A stretch of 63,356 bases of DNA, filler included, from Aduncisulcus paluster (taxonomy: Eukaryota), in NCBI GenBank assembly GCA_024181965.1. It is 4 parts of 4 records of this genome, joined end to end, with 100 filler letters (N's around TTAATTAATTAA, not from the genome) between each part and the next. Parts side by side here need not be neighbours in the genome. Positions count along the whole stretch, not along the records: positions 28,149 to 48,765 come from BQXS01012644.1; 3 more parts are not named here. One strand, 5' to 3'. The first letter of the stretch is position 1; each line of letters begins with the position of its first letter. This document shows positions 32,859-45,000 of this stretch, piece by piece. The notes under the pieces are model-generated. The model was not told where the DNA came from, did not search any database, and saw only the letters and a list, made by a program, of their open reading frames with translations. The position numbers and the translations under genes are program-made.

Positions 32859-35063
32859 TTACTTCATTGAGGGAATTATTGGAGACACTTGGGAAAGATC
32901 TGAACAACGGAATGAGAGTGGAACCTTTGTAAACTCCCCATGAGAAATCTCTCCATGAATATTCTCAAATGACACTACTTTTAGATTTGGATAAATTGAA
33001 GCTATTTCCAACGGATACTTATGGAATGATTTTCCCTCGTTGCGGAGAAATGTAGTATTTGAGAGAGAGAGAGACTCAAGATTTGGGAAAAACACGGCCA
33101 ACATTCCAAGTTCCACGAAGGGAGCATTTACGAGAGAAAGCCTCTTCACTTGACTGAACCTTGGAAATGACCTTGAGTGGAAAAGGGAAGTGTCAGAGCC
33201 ATCCACATCCACATGTGATGCATCAAATGATACACAAATCGAACCATCACCCTCACCCCGAGAATGTATAGAGATTTTTGGCGCAAGAATATCAGGCCAC
33301 AGCCGTTGAATGGCAGTGACATTGGCTTTTAACCACTCTTCCGTTGAGAGAAATTGATGGTCGTCTGCAACAAAGTTAAGGGTAACATCTTCAACACTTG
33401 GAGGAAATATTACATCGCCATGGAACAGGCATGGAGGCGGTAAACACTCATTGCACACAAGCTTTCGCAAGTTAGAGGGGAAGCAGACAGATATATACGA
33501 AGGATTTTCATCTGACTTCCGTTCAGCAGCACCATCAAAAAGATTACTGATCTTGTTCACGGTGAGTTCTTGGATATTTCCTAACCTGTAGGACACAAGC
33601 CTTGCTATATCTGAGATATTACAATTGGAAGGGACTTCAAGAGAAAGATGAGTGAGGCCAGGGAACAGAGAAAGATCACACTTGAACATAACCATTGGAA
33701 CAATCAGTTGGAACTGCAAATCTTTCTTAATATCTTTTCCCTTTCCTTTCCCTTCTTTTTCATTGTTATCTGCCAACAAGTGCAAATGGGTCAGAGTTCT
33801 AGGGAAAACAAGGGGTACGAACGGGACAGGAATAGAAGAGGAAAAGGCAGAGGCAGAGGCAGAGTGAGGAAATGGAGGAGAACAATAAGCTTGGGAATGG
33901 CATTGAGATATCTGAAAGAAGAAAGAGAAAGGGATAGAAAGCTGAGCACATGGGTAATTCTTCATAAAACTTGGCAAAATGTGTGCAGGAATCGTTTTAA
34001 GAAAGGAAAAAGGAATGGAACGCAGAGGAGAATCAACAGAAAATGTCGAAGAGGAAGTAGAGGGAGAGGAGGAAGGATGATATGACTGATTCAAGGAGGA
34101 CATTGGTGTATTCTTTCTCTTTTCTCTTCCACAACCATCAACAGAGTGCCCAAAGGTAGAGGTGCCATGGGGAAGAGAAGAAATACCAGGAGAGCAGCAA
34201 GAAGAAGTTCTCCTCTTCCCAAAATAGGTTGGAGGTGGATTTTGGGCAACTTTTGACTGTAGATCGATCACCTGATGTATAAGGAATTGGAATAATTTAT
34301 CGACATCAGAATCTAATTTCTTATGCTGGACTGTTCTATTTATAGGGTTTAAAGCTTCCTCAGATGTCTGGGATGAAGAAGATGACACAAGACTTTCAGG
34401 AGTTCTTTCTAATGGAGTTAAATGCTGTTGTTCATACAAAGGCATTGGTAAAAAAGAAGATTTAGAAGATTTAGAAGAACTATTAGTTGGACAAGGATGA
34501 GAAATTGACATTTTAGCTTTTGGACAAGAGGAACCAGGGTGAGTATGATTCCGAAAAGACTCCGATATATGAATTCCATCAGTCTCGGAACTTTCATCGG
34601 ATGTTTGGAATATAGAAATAGCGGGGGAATCTGGCCAGATCTCACTCCGAAGTTCTGAAACATAAGGGTCAATATATTTCTCATATTTAGTCCGCAAAAT
34701 ATATCCAACCGAAGTAACAGAGCTGGAATCAATTCCCATAGCCTCCCCAACTTCTTTGAATCGCTTGTGTGTATAAACATGAGAGAAACCTCCCCTAATT
34801 TCAACTTGAAGGAATAAATAGAAAAGAGAAAGCCATTTTCCTCCAATTACGGGACGTTTTCTAATTTTTTTCCCATCTTTCTTCATAATGGTCTCGAGAA
34901 TTAAGTCAAAGTCCTTTTCCGCTGTTGGCGTCAACAAAGAGGGAGGAATAGCTAAAAAAATGAAATAAACACAAAATAAGACCAAATATCCAAATTAATT
35001 ATGTATATATAAACGAGAATTCAACATACATGCCAAAAACTGTGATGGATCCTTAAGAGACAT
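32859..35063 (-). CDS. ARID DNA-binding domain protein with C-terminal LRR-like region; intron 35029-34952
   Basis: RPVIGGKWLSLFYLFLQVEIRGGFSHVYTHKRFKEVGEAMGI...LRTKYEKYI is an ARID. A GTATGT...TAG intron joins it to MSLKDPSQFLAS. Confidence 0.85.
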
Positions 35064-35829
35064 TATATTCACACCCTTAAAAGCAAAAAATTAAGATTAA
35101 ATTATATATTAGACACTGAAAATGATCACAACAAAAAATAGGGTTTGCAAATTGTGTCTGGACGGATAAAAACATTCATCAAGACACACACTCCGAAATT
35201 TGGGCATTACGAAAACTTTATCATCCCCTCATGGAAATAGAAAATTAAAATTAGTAGCACTGAATAACAATTACATGAAATTGAGTGATTGGAGAAAAAA
35301 TTGTTTATGAGGTAAGTTAGCTGAAATTATACATAATATTGAATTTTATTGTATTAAATATTGAAAATAATTCTAAAGNNNNNNNNNNNNNNNNNNNNAT
35401 GTATATATAAACGAGAATTCAACATACATGCCAAAAACTGTGATGGATCCTTAAGAGACATTATATTCACACCCTTAAAAGCAAAAAATTAAGATTAAAT
35501 TATATATTAGACACTGAAAATGATCACAACAAAAAATAGGGTTTGCAAATTGTGTCTGGACGGATAAAAACATTCATCAAGACACACACTCCGAAATTTG
35601 GGCATTACGAAAACTTTATCATCCCCTCATGGAAATAGAAAATTAAAATTAGTAGCACTGAATAACAATTACATGAAATTGAGTGATTGGAGAAAAAATT
35701 GTTTATGAGGTAAGTTAGCTGAAATTATACATAATATTGAATTTTATTGTATTAAATATTGAAAATAATTCTAAAGATGTTTTGATATAATTGTAATTGA
35801 GCCCTAAGAAAGTATGGAAGATGAATCCA

Positions 35830-36291
35830 TCATCCACCTTCCTTTGATTTTCCACCTGTCAATTCCACTAATAATTGCCAATCGGCAGCAGCATCAAGTG
35901 ATACAGCTTTTTTCAGTGCAGCTACAGCTAAATCAGTCTGTTTTAATGAAATATAAGCTCTTCCTAATACTTGATATACCTCAGCCTAAAAAGGGACAAA
36001 ATAAGTCAATGAATCATAATAAAATAAATAATATAAAGTTACATACATTTGATGGATCTAATGCAGCAGATCGCCGCAAGCAATCGACAGAATTTTGATA
36101 TTGATTTTTGCGAAAGAAAGCACAACCAGCACGAAACCTGTAAATATAAAAAATATCAATATAAAATACCATTCTATTTCAATTAAATACATAAAATATT
36201 TTAAAAATTTTTAAAAATAACTGTGCACATACCATCCAATAGCTGTTGAAGGGGTCATCCCAAATTTTGATTTCAGATACTGTTCAGCCAT
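35830..36291 (-). CDS. 101-aa TPR protein, 3 exons (36291-36233, 36137-36047, 35985-35830)
   Basis: Two GTATGT...AG introns give MAEQYLKSKFGMTPSTAIGWFRAGCAFFRKNQYQNSVDCLRRSAALDPSNAEVYQVLGRAYISLKQTDLAVAALKKAVSLD..., which contains two TPR motifs. Confidence 0.85.
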
Positions 36292-36864
36292 TCTAGAGGA
36301 GAAAAACAACGATAAAACAATATAAAATAAGCTAAATGAGGAAAATAAAGCTTAGTACATAATGAAAAAATCACTATTACAACGGTAACTGTGCCAACAA
36401 TGGTAACAAACACTGAAGGCTCCATGAACGTTGATAAGGGTGTACAGATACACCACAAGCGATAATCTCCATTATCACAGGATAAAAATGTGATATATTT
36501 TAACAAAACGTACAAAATTTGATAATGATAATCAGGAATTATACCAAAAACGGGGAGTTCATCACTTCCAAAGTTCTAGTACCATTCTTCTATTTTCAAA
36601 CTAAATAATAAATTCATATGTATTTTTTATTAATTCTTTCAATATTTGATATATGTTTCGCAATCAATATCTCGAGATAACTACGTTTCTTATTCCAGGT
36701 TTCAATAATGACTTTTCAAACAAAAGACAAGATATTATCACAAAAAAACCCGGACATTTATAGTTTTTTTTGTCTAGAAATGGAGATAACCTGACAATGA
36801 AATATGATTCAACTGTTTGAATCAAACAAAACACATTCTCTGATTTGACTAAAACATAAAACTC

Positions 36865-37597
36865 ATGGGTGAATTTAGCCCCTATGTTGATAATGGCGGG
36901 TATGTATTTCTCATTTTATCTTATGATTGTCTTTTTATCATTTGAATTCTTCCTGACTTCCTTGACGCTTCCCTTTATTGTTTATCTCAAATATACTAGA
37001 ACTACCCTTGCTATTGCTGGACCAGATTTTGTTGTTATAGCTGGTGATACCAGGTTGAGCACTGGATATTCTATCCTTAGCCGAGATGTATCAAAATTAT
37101 TCAAATATTCCGATAGTATCGTAATGGCGTCTAGTGGGATGCAAGCTGACATAGCAGAATTAAGAAAGCAATTATTATTTACCATTGAAGAGTATCGTGT
37201 TGATAATGAGAGGGATATTGAGTTGGATGCCTTCTATCGCCTTTTAGCCACAGTTCTTTACGGAAAGAGATTTTTCCCCTATTATTCCTTTAATATATTA
37301 GCAGGAATTTCAAAAGAGGGCAAAGGTGTTGTTTATTCTTATGATGCTATCGGCAGTGCAGATGCCAGAACTTATGGAGCCGCTGGAAGTGGTCAGGAGC
37401 TTGTTATTTCAATTCTTGATGCTGCTTTAAAACGTAAACCAGACCCTTTATCAATTGATGAGGCAATCGAACTTGGAAAGAGTGCGTTAAAACAGGCTAC
37501 TGAAAGAGAAATTCATACAGGAGATAGTGGAGAAATGTACATCATAAGAGCCGGAAGACCTGCTGAATATATCACTTTTAAACTTAGAAAGGATTAA
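36865..37597 (+). CDS. PSMB1: 20S proteasome subunit beta-6 (PSMB1/PRE7), 2 exons (36865-36899, 37000-37597)
   Basis: MGEFSPYVDNGG|TTLAIAG...DTRLS, LYGKRFFPYY, YSYDAIGS and ATEREIHTGD; 100-nt GTATGT...TAG intron. Confidence 0.95.
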
Positions 37598-37808
37598 TGC
37601 ACTTTCTATAGTGTTTTCTCTTTCTCAACCGACCTTGCTTTTTCATCTGTCTGAAGAATATAATAAATCAACTTTACTTTTTTATTTGAGAGATGGTTAT
37701 TATTCAATGCCATCAATGATCTATATTTTCTATTTCCCACTGGGATATGGGTGGCCCACATGCAATGTCAGTGACAGATCCAGAAGAACTCAATCCATTT
37801 TGTCTGTA

Positions 37809-38135
37809 ATGGGAAAAATATTAAAAGCTTTTTTGCTTGGAATTGGTACTGGAATTATTATTTCTCAGTGTATGTATTTATGACTGGATAAATTGTCGAT
37901 TTTGATAGAGTTATTTTATTTTTCTATTTTGACACCAATTCATGCACAAAATTTCATTCTTATTGTCATATTTTTGAATAATACGTTTTCTATTATAGTG
38001 TATAATATCCCAAGTGTTCTCTCTTCCTTCTTTTCCAGACCCAAAGATGATTTCGATCAATTTCATGAAGAAGTTGAAGATGACATTCAACATAAATCAA
38101 CCTCTGATATTGATTCATTATCAATTGAATCGTAA
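37809..38135 (+). CDS. 65-aa single-TM micropeptide, STMP1/DUF4535-like, 2 exons (37809-37869, 37999-38135)
   Basis: Spliced product MGKILKAFLLGIGTGIIISQLYNIPSVLSSFFSRPKDDFDQFHEEVEDDIQHKSTSDIDSLSIES; GTATGT...TAG intron 37870-37998. Confidence 0.65.
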
Positions 38136-38677
38136 AAGAAATACTATTATTGCCCGATTGATGACTGGAATTTCCTGATCTCAAACTTTCTCTTCGAAAT
38201 GACATTACAAACGAGTTCAATCACAATTAAGATTACCTCTCAATATACTTCTGTCATTTTTATTTTTATCTCTTCTGTTATGAGTCTTAAATGTCAGACA
38301 TAAAAAAGAGGCCATAATATGTCTGACATATGTCTAGACTCAAAAAGGTCTTCGCTGTGCAACACAGTGTGTTAATGAAAAATATTATTTTACAGCCGTA
38401 AATCTACAATTTTATTTTGACAAATAACATTCAATTCGTTGCGGGGGAGTTGGGAAGAAATTGAAAATGTCCATAGCTGTCAAAACAACCATTAAATGGA
38501 AAATAATCGAGAAAATCAGTAAAAACAAACACAACATAACATAGAACAAACGTCGTTGACGTAACCAAGAGCAAAAAAACATATAATTCAAAACTTTTTA
38601 AACGGATAAATGCGAAATATAATATAAATATAAAAACGGGGAAATTAATGAAGAAAAATAAGTAATACAAACATCAA

Positions 38678-39637
38678 TCAAATTAAAGAAACCTTCTCTT
38701 CTCCTTTCTCTTTCTTTTTTGATATGAAAACCATTGAATCGAGCACACACAGAGCATACATCAGGATGTCACTAACAAGCTGAGAAATGTCATCAGATGG
38801 ATCATATTGCGAATCATCATTTTGGTCACCATTATTGATATTTGCCATAACCATCAGAGTAGAATTTGAAAAGGAAACAAGAATGTTAATGAAAGCCATG
38901 GCAAACAATTTATAAGCAAGATTCTTTTGTTGTTTTGTTGCCATAGAAAACCCTTCCTTTTCAATTAATTTGGTGTCTTTACACTGTTTTATGGCAATAT
39001 ATATGAGATAGACGAATATAGCGATTGAAAGAATCGATTGGATGCCTGTTCCAACGATTAATCGACAAGTGATGAAGAACCCAGGAGAGTTTCCCATATC
39101 ATAGTCACTATTCTGCTTTGAACCATAGACAATATCATATATTAGATATACTCCAATCGAAACATAACAAGAAACAACGATGACAATATAAGCACCATGA
39201 AAAAACTTCTCTTTCCAGGATCTTCTCTCTCTCCTGATCGAAAGATACGCAGAAAAAGAATTCATCGACAATGTAAGCAAAAATAGAAAAATAAAACAAT
39301 CAAAAACAGCTCCAATAGAAACTAAAAAAGTGTATATCGAAGTAATAATGAGAGTCCCATGAAAATCATCTTTAAGTTCATATTCACGTAATATTTCAAA
39401 TCCCTTTAAAAAACGAAGGATAACTCTCATTCCAACACTCCCAAAAAGGCTTACATAGAAATATATCATATGATGTTCTAACGTTTGTTGATTGTTCTCG
39501 TGGGCTACAAGAGAAGAATCCATTCTTTCCCATGCTTTTCGTGCAAAAATAAAGAAAACTATCTCAGATATTAGGGAAATTAAAGCAAGAATCGCAGATA
39601 TCAGGTTGAAGTAAAATGACTGTATAAAAACTTCCAT
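38678..39637 (-). CDS. Seven-transmembrane (GPCR-like topology) protein
   Basis: 319 aa with about seven hydrophobic helices; no family-specific motif recognised. Confidence 0.7.
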   Translation of the reverse strand: MEVFIQSFYFNLISAILALISLISEIVFFIFARKAWERMDSSLVAHENNQQTLEHHMIYFYVSLFGSVGMRVILRFLKGFEILREYELKDDFHGTLIITSIYTFLVSIGAVFDCFIFLFLLTLSMNSFSAYLSIRRERRSWKEKFFHGAYIVIVVSCYVSIGVYLIYDIVYGSKQNSDYDMGNSPGFFITCRLIVGTGIQSILSIAIFVYLIYIAIKQCKDTKLIEKEGFSMATKQQKNLAYKLFAMAFINILVSFSNSTLMVMANINNGDQNDDSQYDPSDDISQLVSDILMYALCVLDSMVFISKKKEKGEEKVSLI

Positions 39638-39893
39638 GTGGAGAAGAAAAGTTTAATATTAATATATTGATTGATTTATACTCCTTTCAATAACAATAAT
39701 TATTTTCAAAAAAATTGTATTGTGGTCCAAGTTATGTTCATTGGAGGTCTTTCGGCCAAACCGAAAAACAACCGTCACAGGAAAAATGTGAGTTTGATCT
39801 GATTTCCAGCAAAAATCGATAAAATCATTATTATATTGATTGTCATGAATAAAAAATCGTATAAATTGAAAATCTAAATAATAATAGTAAAAT

Positions 39894-39966
39894 CGCCCAC
39901 CGTGGGGCTCGAACCCACGACCGTTCGGTTAAGAGCCGAACGCTCTACCGACTGAGCTAGGTAGGC
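39894..39966 (-). tRNA. tRNA-Lys (anticodon CUU)
   Basis: GCCTACCTAGCTCAGTCGGTAGAGCGTTCGGCTCTTAACCGAACGGTCGTGGGTTCGAGCCCCACGGTGGGCG folds as a full 73-nt cloverleaf and is followed by a T4 run. Confidence 0.97.
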
Positions 39967-40108
39967 ACAAAATTTCAGTTTTGATTTTAGTATTTAGAGC
40001 ATCAATATCAATTATTTCAAGCTAGAGTGATTTTGACCACGGATTTTTTGTCCTCTTGTGCCACCAGATACAATGAAATTTGCAATCGTTCTTACAGGGA
40101 TATATATT

Positions 40109-41734
40109 TTATTTTCCTCCACCCATCATACTTCCAAGCATTTTCATCATCCCTCCTAATCCTCCACCACCACCCATTCCCTTGGGCATTTTAGCTTGTC
40201 CACTGGCAAGCATTTGTTGCATTTGAGCCATATTGGGCATTTTACCTCCTTTTCCACGAGGCATTCCACCCATTCCTCCCATCATTTGCTGCATTTGTGC
40301 CATCATGGCAGCAGGATCCATACCACCCATTCCTGGCATTCCACCCATTCCCTTGGGCATTCCTGGCATACCACCACCTGCGGCTCCACTTGTCATCTGT
40401 TTCATCATCTGCATGAGGCCTCCGTTCTTTCCCATTTTCTTAAACATGGCCATCATTGCCTTGAAGGAATGCATGAATTGTGTAACATCTTCTTGTTTGA
40501 TCCCAGATCCATGAGCAATCCGCTTGATACGAGATTCTTCTGTGAATACAGTCTTACTATCAAGCTCAGGTTTGCTCATACTCTTCAATACACGATCCAT
40601 TTGAGCGAATTTATATGTCATTTGTGACGAAACGGTCTGAGTGGGGTCATCTGGGTTAGCACGAATATTCAACATCTCTTGCATTCCTGGGATCATCTCA
40701 AGAATCTTAGAAAATGAACCCATTCCCGAAAGAGCTTCTAATTGGGTTTTAAGATCACGCAAAGTGAAGTCACCTTCCATCATTTTTGTCGTGGACTTGA
40801 TCAATTGTTTTTCATCGATTGCCGAAGCCTCAAAGCGTTCAATCAAACCATGAATATCTCCCATACCAAGAAGCTGGGAAACAAAACCTTCAGCGGAAAA
40901 TTTCTTGAAATCATCAAACTTCTCACCATCACCAATAAAGGAGATTGGAGATCCAGACGCAGCAACAGCACTCAACGCACCTCCACCACCTTGGGCACCA
41001 TCCATCTTTGTAATAACACAAGATCCAATATCAACTTCTTGTTGGAATGCCTTGGCTTGATCAAAAGCAGCCTGACCAATGGTAGCATCAAGAGTAAAAA
41101 CAATCTCATGGGGTTTAACAACCTTACGGATATTAGCCATTTCATCAAAAAGAGCCTTTTCCTGTCTATGCCTTCCTGATGTATCAACAATAATGATCTC
41201 GAATGCCTTACTCTTGAAATGAGAAACACCATTCGAAGCGACTTTAACAGGATCTTTCTCCTCATATGATCCATAAAATGGAACATGAACTTTAACAGCA
41301 TTCTGTTTTAACTGATCAAAAGCACCAGCTCGAAAAGTATCGGCACAGACAAGACCAACGGTCCATCCTCGTTTCCTGTAATAATTGGCATATTTACCAA
41401 TGGTTGTGGTCTTACCAGCACCTTGAAGACCAACAAACATAATAATATTACTTCTTCCTCTAATTGGATGAAACGCAGGTTTAGTTTTAGGATCTAACAT
41501 TTCAATCAGCTCATTTACAACGATTTTTTGCATATTTATCTTAGTATCTTTTTTAGAACCAATACTCTTCTTCAAAACATTCCTTTTAAATATCTTAATT
41601 ATGTCAGTGGATACATTAGCCTCTTCAAGAGCCTTACAAATCTGAGTGGTTGTTTCAATATAATGCTCAGGTTTGGCACCTTGATTCTTCTTCAAAGATT
41701 CAATGATCTTTGTTCCAAGCTCAGTTAACACCAT
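40109..41734 (-). CDS. SRP54: Signal recognition particle 54 kDa subunit
   Basis: MVLTELG start; GLQGAGKTTT, DTFRAGAFDQL, DTSGRH and TKMDG GTPase motifs; Met-rich M domain. Confidence 0.97.
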   Translation of the reverse strand: MVLTELGTKIIESLKKNQGAKPEHYIETTTQICKALEEANVSTDIIKIFKRNVLKKSIGSKKDTKINMQKIVVNELIEMLDPKTKPAFHPIRGRSNIIMFVGLQGAGKTTTIGKYANYYRKRGWTVGLVCADTFRAGAFDQLKQNAVKVHVPFYGSYEEKDPVKVASNGVSHFKSKAFEIIIVDTSGRHRQEKALFDEMANIRKVVKPHEIVFTLDATIGQAAFDQAKAFQQEVDIGSCVITKMDGAQGGGGALSAVAASGSPISFIGDGEKFDDFKKFSAEGFVSQLLGMGDIHGLIERFEASAIDEKQLIKSTTKMMEGDFTLRDLKTQLEALSGMGSFSKILEMIPGMQEMLNIRANPDDPTQTVSSQMTYKFAQMDRVLKSMSKPELDSKTVFTEESRIKRIAHGSGIKQEDVTQFMHSFKAMMAMFKKMGKNGGLMQMMKQMTSGAAGGGMPGMPKGMGGMPGMGGMDPAAMMAQMQQMMGGMGGMPRGKGGKMPNMAQMQQMLASGQAKMPKGMGGGGGLGGMMKMLGSMMGGGK

Positions 41735-42051
41735 CTTGTCGAAGAAAAATGATTTGATTTTTTTATGGATTTTTCGATTGGTAAGTTTCATTCCGAATCG
41801 AACAACATTAACGGTAAAAATAATAGTAATATTGAATATTACTATCATTTCTTGATTTTATCTATCAATCATATTCCTTGAAGCGACGTCAAACAAATCG
41901 AATTACAACAGCATTTCTGTTCAAAAGGAGACGCAATAAAATACAAAATAGATAATTTTATTTCATATCAATGACGAATACCAATGGTATTTGAGTTGGA
42001 TGTCAAGGATTTGGAATGTGATAACTCAATCAGCTGTTTTGAGACGGATAT

Positions 42052-45000
42052 ATGATTAAAGCCCGAACATCTTGCTTAGCCACTGTCGCTGCTGTCGGTG
42101 GAAGCAATGTGTTCCTCGTATTACCGTTTGCGAAAACAGGAAAGGCACAACTAGCTGAAATTGACTCTGGTTCTGTTTCTGTTGGACAAGTTCTTCCTTG
42201 TGCCGTTATTGAAACAACCTCTGGTATTACTTGTTCTCTTCTTCCCTCAAATGTCAATAGAAAAGCCCGTCCAATGGAGGGTGCCCTTGTGTATGGGTTA
42301 ATGGGTAGTAAGGAGCCTACTGGATATACTGTTACCATTGACGGAGCCCAAGGGTTTTTAGCTACCAAGGATGTCGAAAGATGTTCTATTCCTATTAATT
42401 TTGAACGTAATTCGCCGATTTTGGCAAGGATCAAACAGGTGTCTGGTTCAGAAAGTCGCCCAATCTTTACATTGGATATGAATACAGTTAGAGATAAAGT
42501 TCGTGATGGAACTATTGCCTTTCAGCCCCGTTCTATTGTCACAATTGATGATATTATCCCCGGTCATATATTTAATGCTCGGATTCCTGATACTTCCCTT
42601 CATTCCGACCTCAAACAATTATTTGATACAACAAACAAGATAGCTGAGTTGAAAACAAAATTAAATTCAGACGATTCAGATATTAAAGCGAAGATTGAAT
42701 CGTTAAACTCAAAGCAAAAGGAATATAGAAAAGAAATTGGAGCTTCGATGAAAGAATTTAACTCTTCAATGGCTCCTCAAAGCAATTTTTTCATGTTTTC
42801 ATTCCCCAATTCCATATCTTCCAAAACTTCTTCCTTTATGCCCCCAATATCCTCATTTTCTTCTTTCTCACTGCTTTCCGGCATTGTTAGCGGTTCTGAT
42901 GATAAAAAGCAAGCCCGTGCTGTCATTGTTGACCATCGTAAAGGTACCATTGTGTTCAACCGTCGTAAATGTGTTCTGACCATGGATTTGAGAAATGATA
43001 TCCGCCTTGCCGGTTCAATGGTCGGCAAGAACTCAACCGCATCAGCCAGCAAATCCAAGGACGATGAAGAGAAGTTCCTTGAAGGAGAAACATGTGTGTT
43101 GATGGCCAACAAGCATGATGGAGTTGTCTTCGTGTGGCATACAAGGGCGAAGACGGAATCTGGCCATAAAAATCAAGTCCAAGACGTTCTCGTATTTGTC
43201 CCCCCAAGATTACTCCCATCCAACGTCCAATCTCTCCCCCCCGTCGGTGGATCATTCCCTTACTCTTTCTCACTCTCCTCTTATAGTGCCCTTGATGGTG
43301 TCTTTATCGGAGAATGCCGGAAAGCTAAACTTTCTCAACAAAAGATGAAAGTGAGTGATATTGAGATTGGATCCATTGTGAATGTCTCCGTTGTAGGCCT
43401 TGCTGACGAGGAGTTGCCTGAAGGTGTCGAGCCTGAGGAAGAAGAAGTTCAGAGAGGTGTCATGGGACGTCGAGGGAACAGAGCTTCGAAGTCAAGAGGT
43501 AAGAAAGGAGGAAAGAAGCGTGTTGGGAGTGCCAAGAATACCTTCCTCACTCCTGCATATCTTTCTTCTCACTTGCACTTACCCGCTGTCCACCCTCACC
43601 GAGGTCTCATTGTATCCGTTGGCGAAGGTTTCTATGGTTACATACCTGTCCACCACTGCTCTGAGACTCTGCCTGAAGCTGTGAGTGAGGAGGAGAGACG
43701 CCGGAGACAGAAGAGGAGAGAATCCCAGCTCAGGAGTGGAGAGAAGGAGGCCGACTTTGCTGACTTTGCTGAAGGATCTGGAGAAGATGATCTTCCATAT
43801 GAAACTGCTGACGAGAGAAAAGACCGTGTCGCAAGAGAAATGCATATATTATCAAGATATACGAAGGGTGCAAAGTGTCCCGCAGTTGTTGTATCCATAC
43901 GCAGGGACGATATATCGGGCCAACGTGAAGTTATCCTCAGTATTAAACCATCTCTCGTTAAAAAAGTCAGAGAGATATCCAAGGCGAAAGCAGAGAAGTC
44001 CCATGGACATTTGACTCTATCGATGGTATCAATGTGGTCGTCTATGAAAGAGATTAAAGTAGGCCACCGTACGGTTGGATGGGTCAAACGTATTGTCAAA
44101 CCGGCCATTGGTGTGCCATCTATTGAGTCCCAACCTCAGTCATTCGCTATTGTAGAGCTCTTTGGAGGTATCAATTGTATTCTTGAGAGTGTAGAAGGCG
44201 TTAAGGAAGGAACTGTCGATGTATTTGAGTGCATCAAAAAGCAGAAGAGAGGAAAAGGATTCAGAATTGGATTAAAGTTGCCAGATATCGATTCCCTCTC
44301 TCTTTTACCATCATCCAGTTTAAAACAATCATCTAATGTCAGTTCTGATCTTGATATTGAATCCCTCTCTTCCTTTCTCTTCCCTCCTCTTGCTCCCCTC
44401 ACATCCCCTAAGGATATTTCACCATCAGCCAGAGCTTCTCTTTCTGCTCTGAAGGCTGTGATGACATCATCGACCCTCTCTCATATCCCCGTGTCCACCG
44501 TTGGAGCTGAACGTGCCCTTGTCCTCAGTGTCCGAGGAGGTTGTGGCAGAGTGTCCGAATGTGTCCATGTATGCTCTTGGCAACAAGGAGAAGGAGAGAA
44601 GGAGGAGTTTGACAGGAATATGGCTGCACTGGGCACCGTGTTTCCTAGTTTTGTTGTTATTGGTGTTTGTGGTGGAGGCTTTATCATTCGTGTGACTCCG
44701 GGTGTTGCTGATATCAGTAATAGTGAAGAGCATGAAGAAGAAGGAGAGGAGGAAGAATCCGAGGAAGAAGAGGAATCTGAAGAAGAGAAGGAAGAAGAAG
44801 AAGAGGATGAGGAGGAAGAAGAGGAGGAGGAGGAAGGAAGAAGAAGAAGAAGAAGAATCATCCTCTGAAACAGATACTGAGACATGTTCCACTTTGTGTT
44901 ACCTTCCTTTTATGCACTTAGCTTCTTCCTCAACTCAATCCTTATTAATGAGGGATCTATTGTTGTTGCGATGTGGTGTTACCCGTGATCTCCTTGATTC

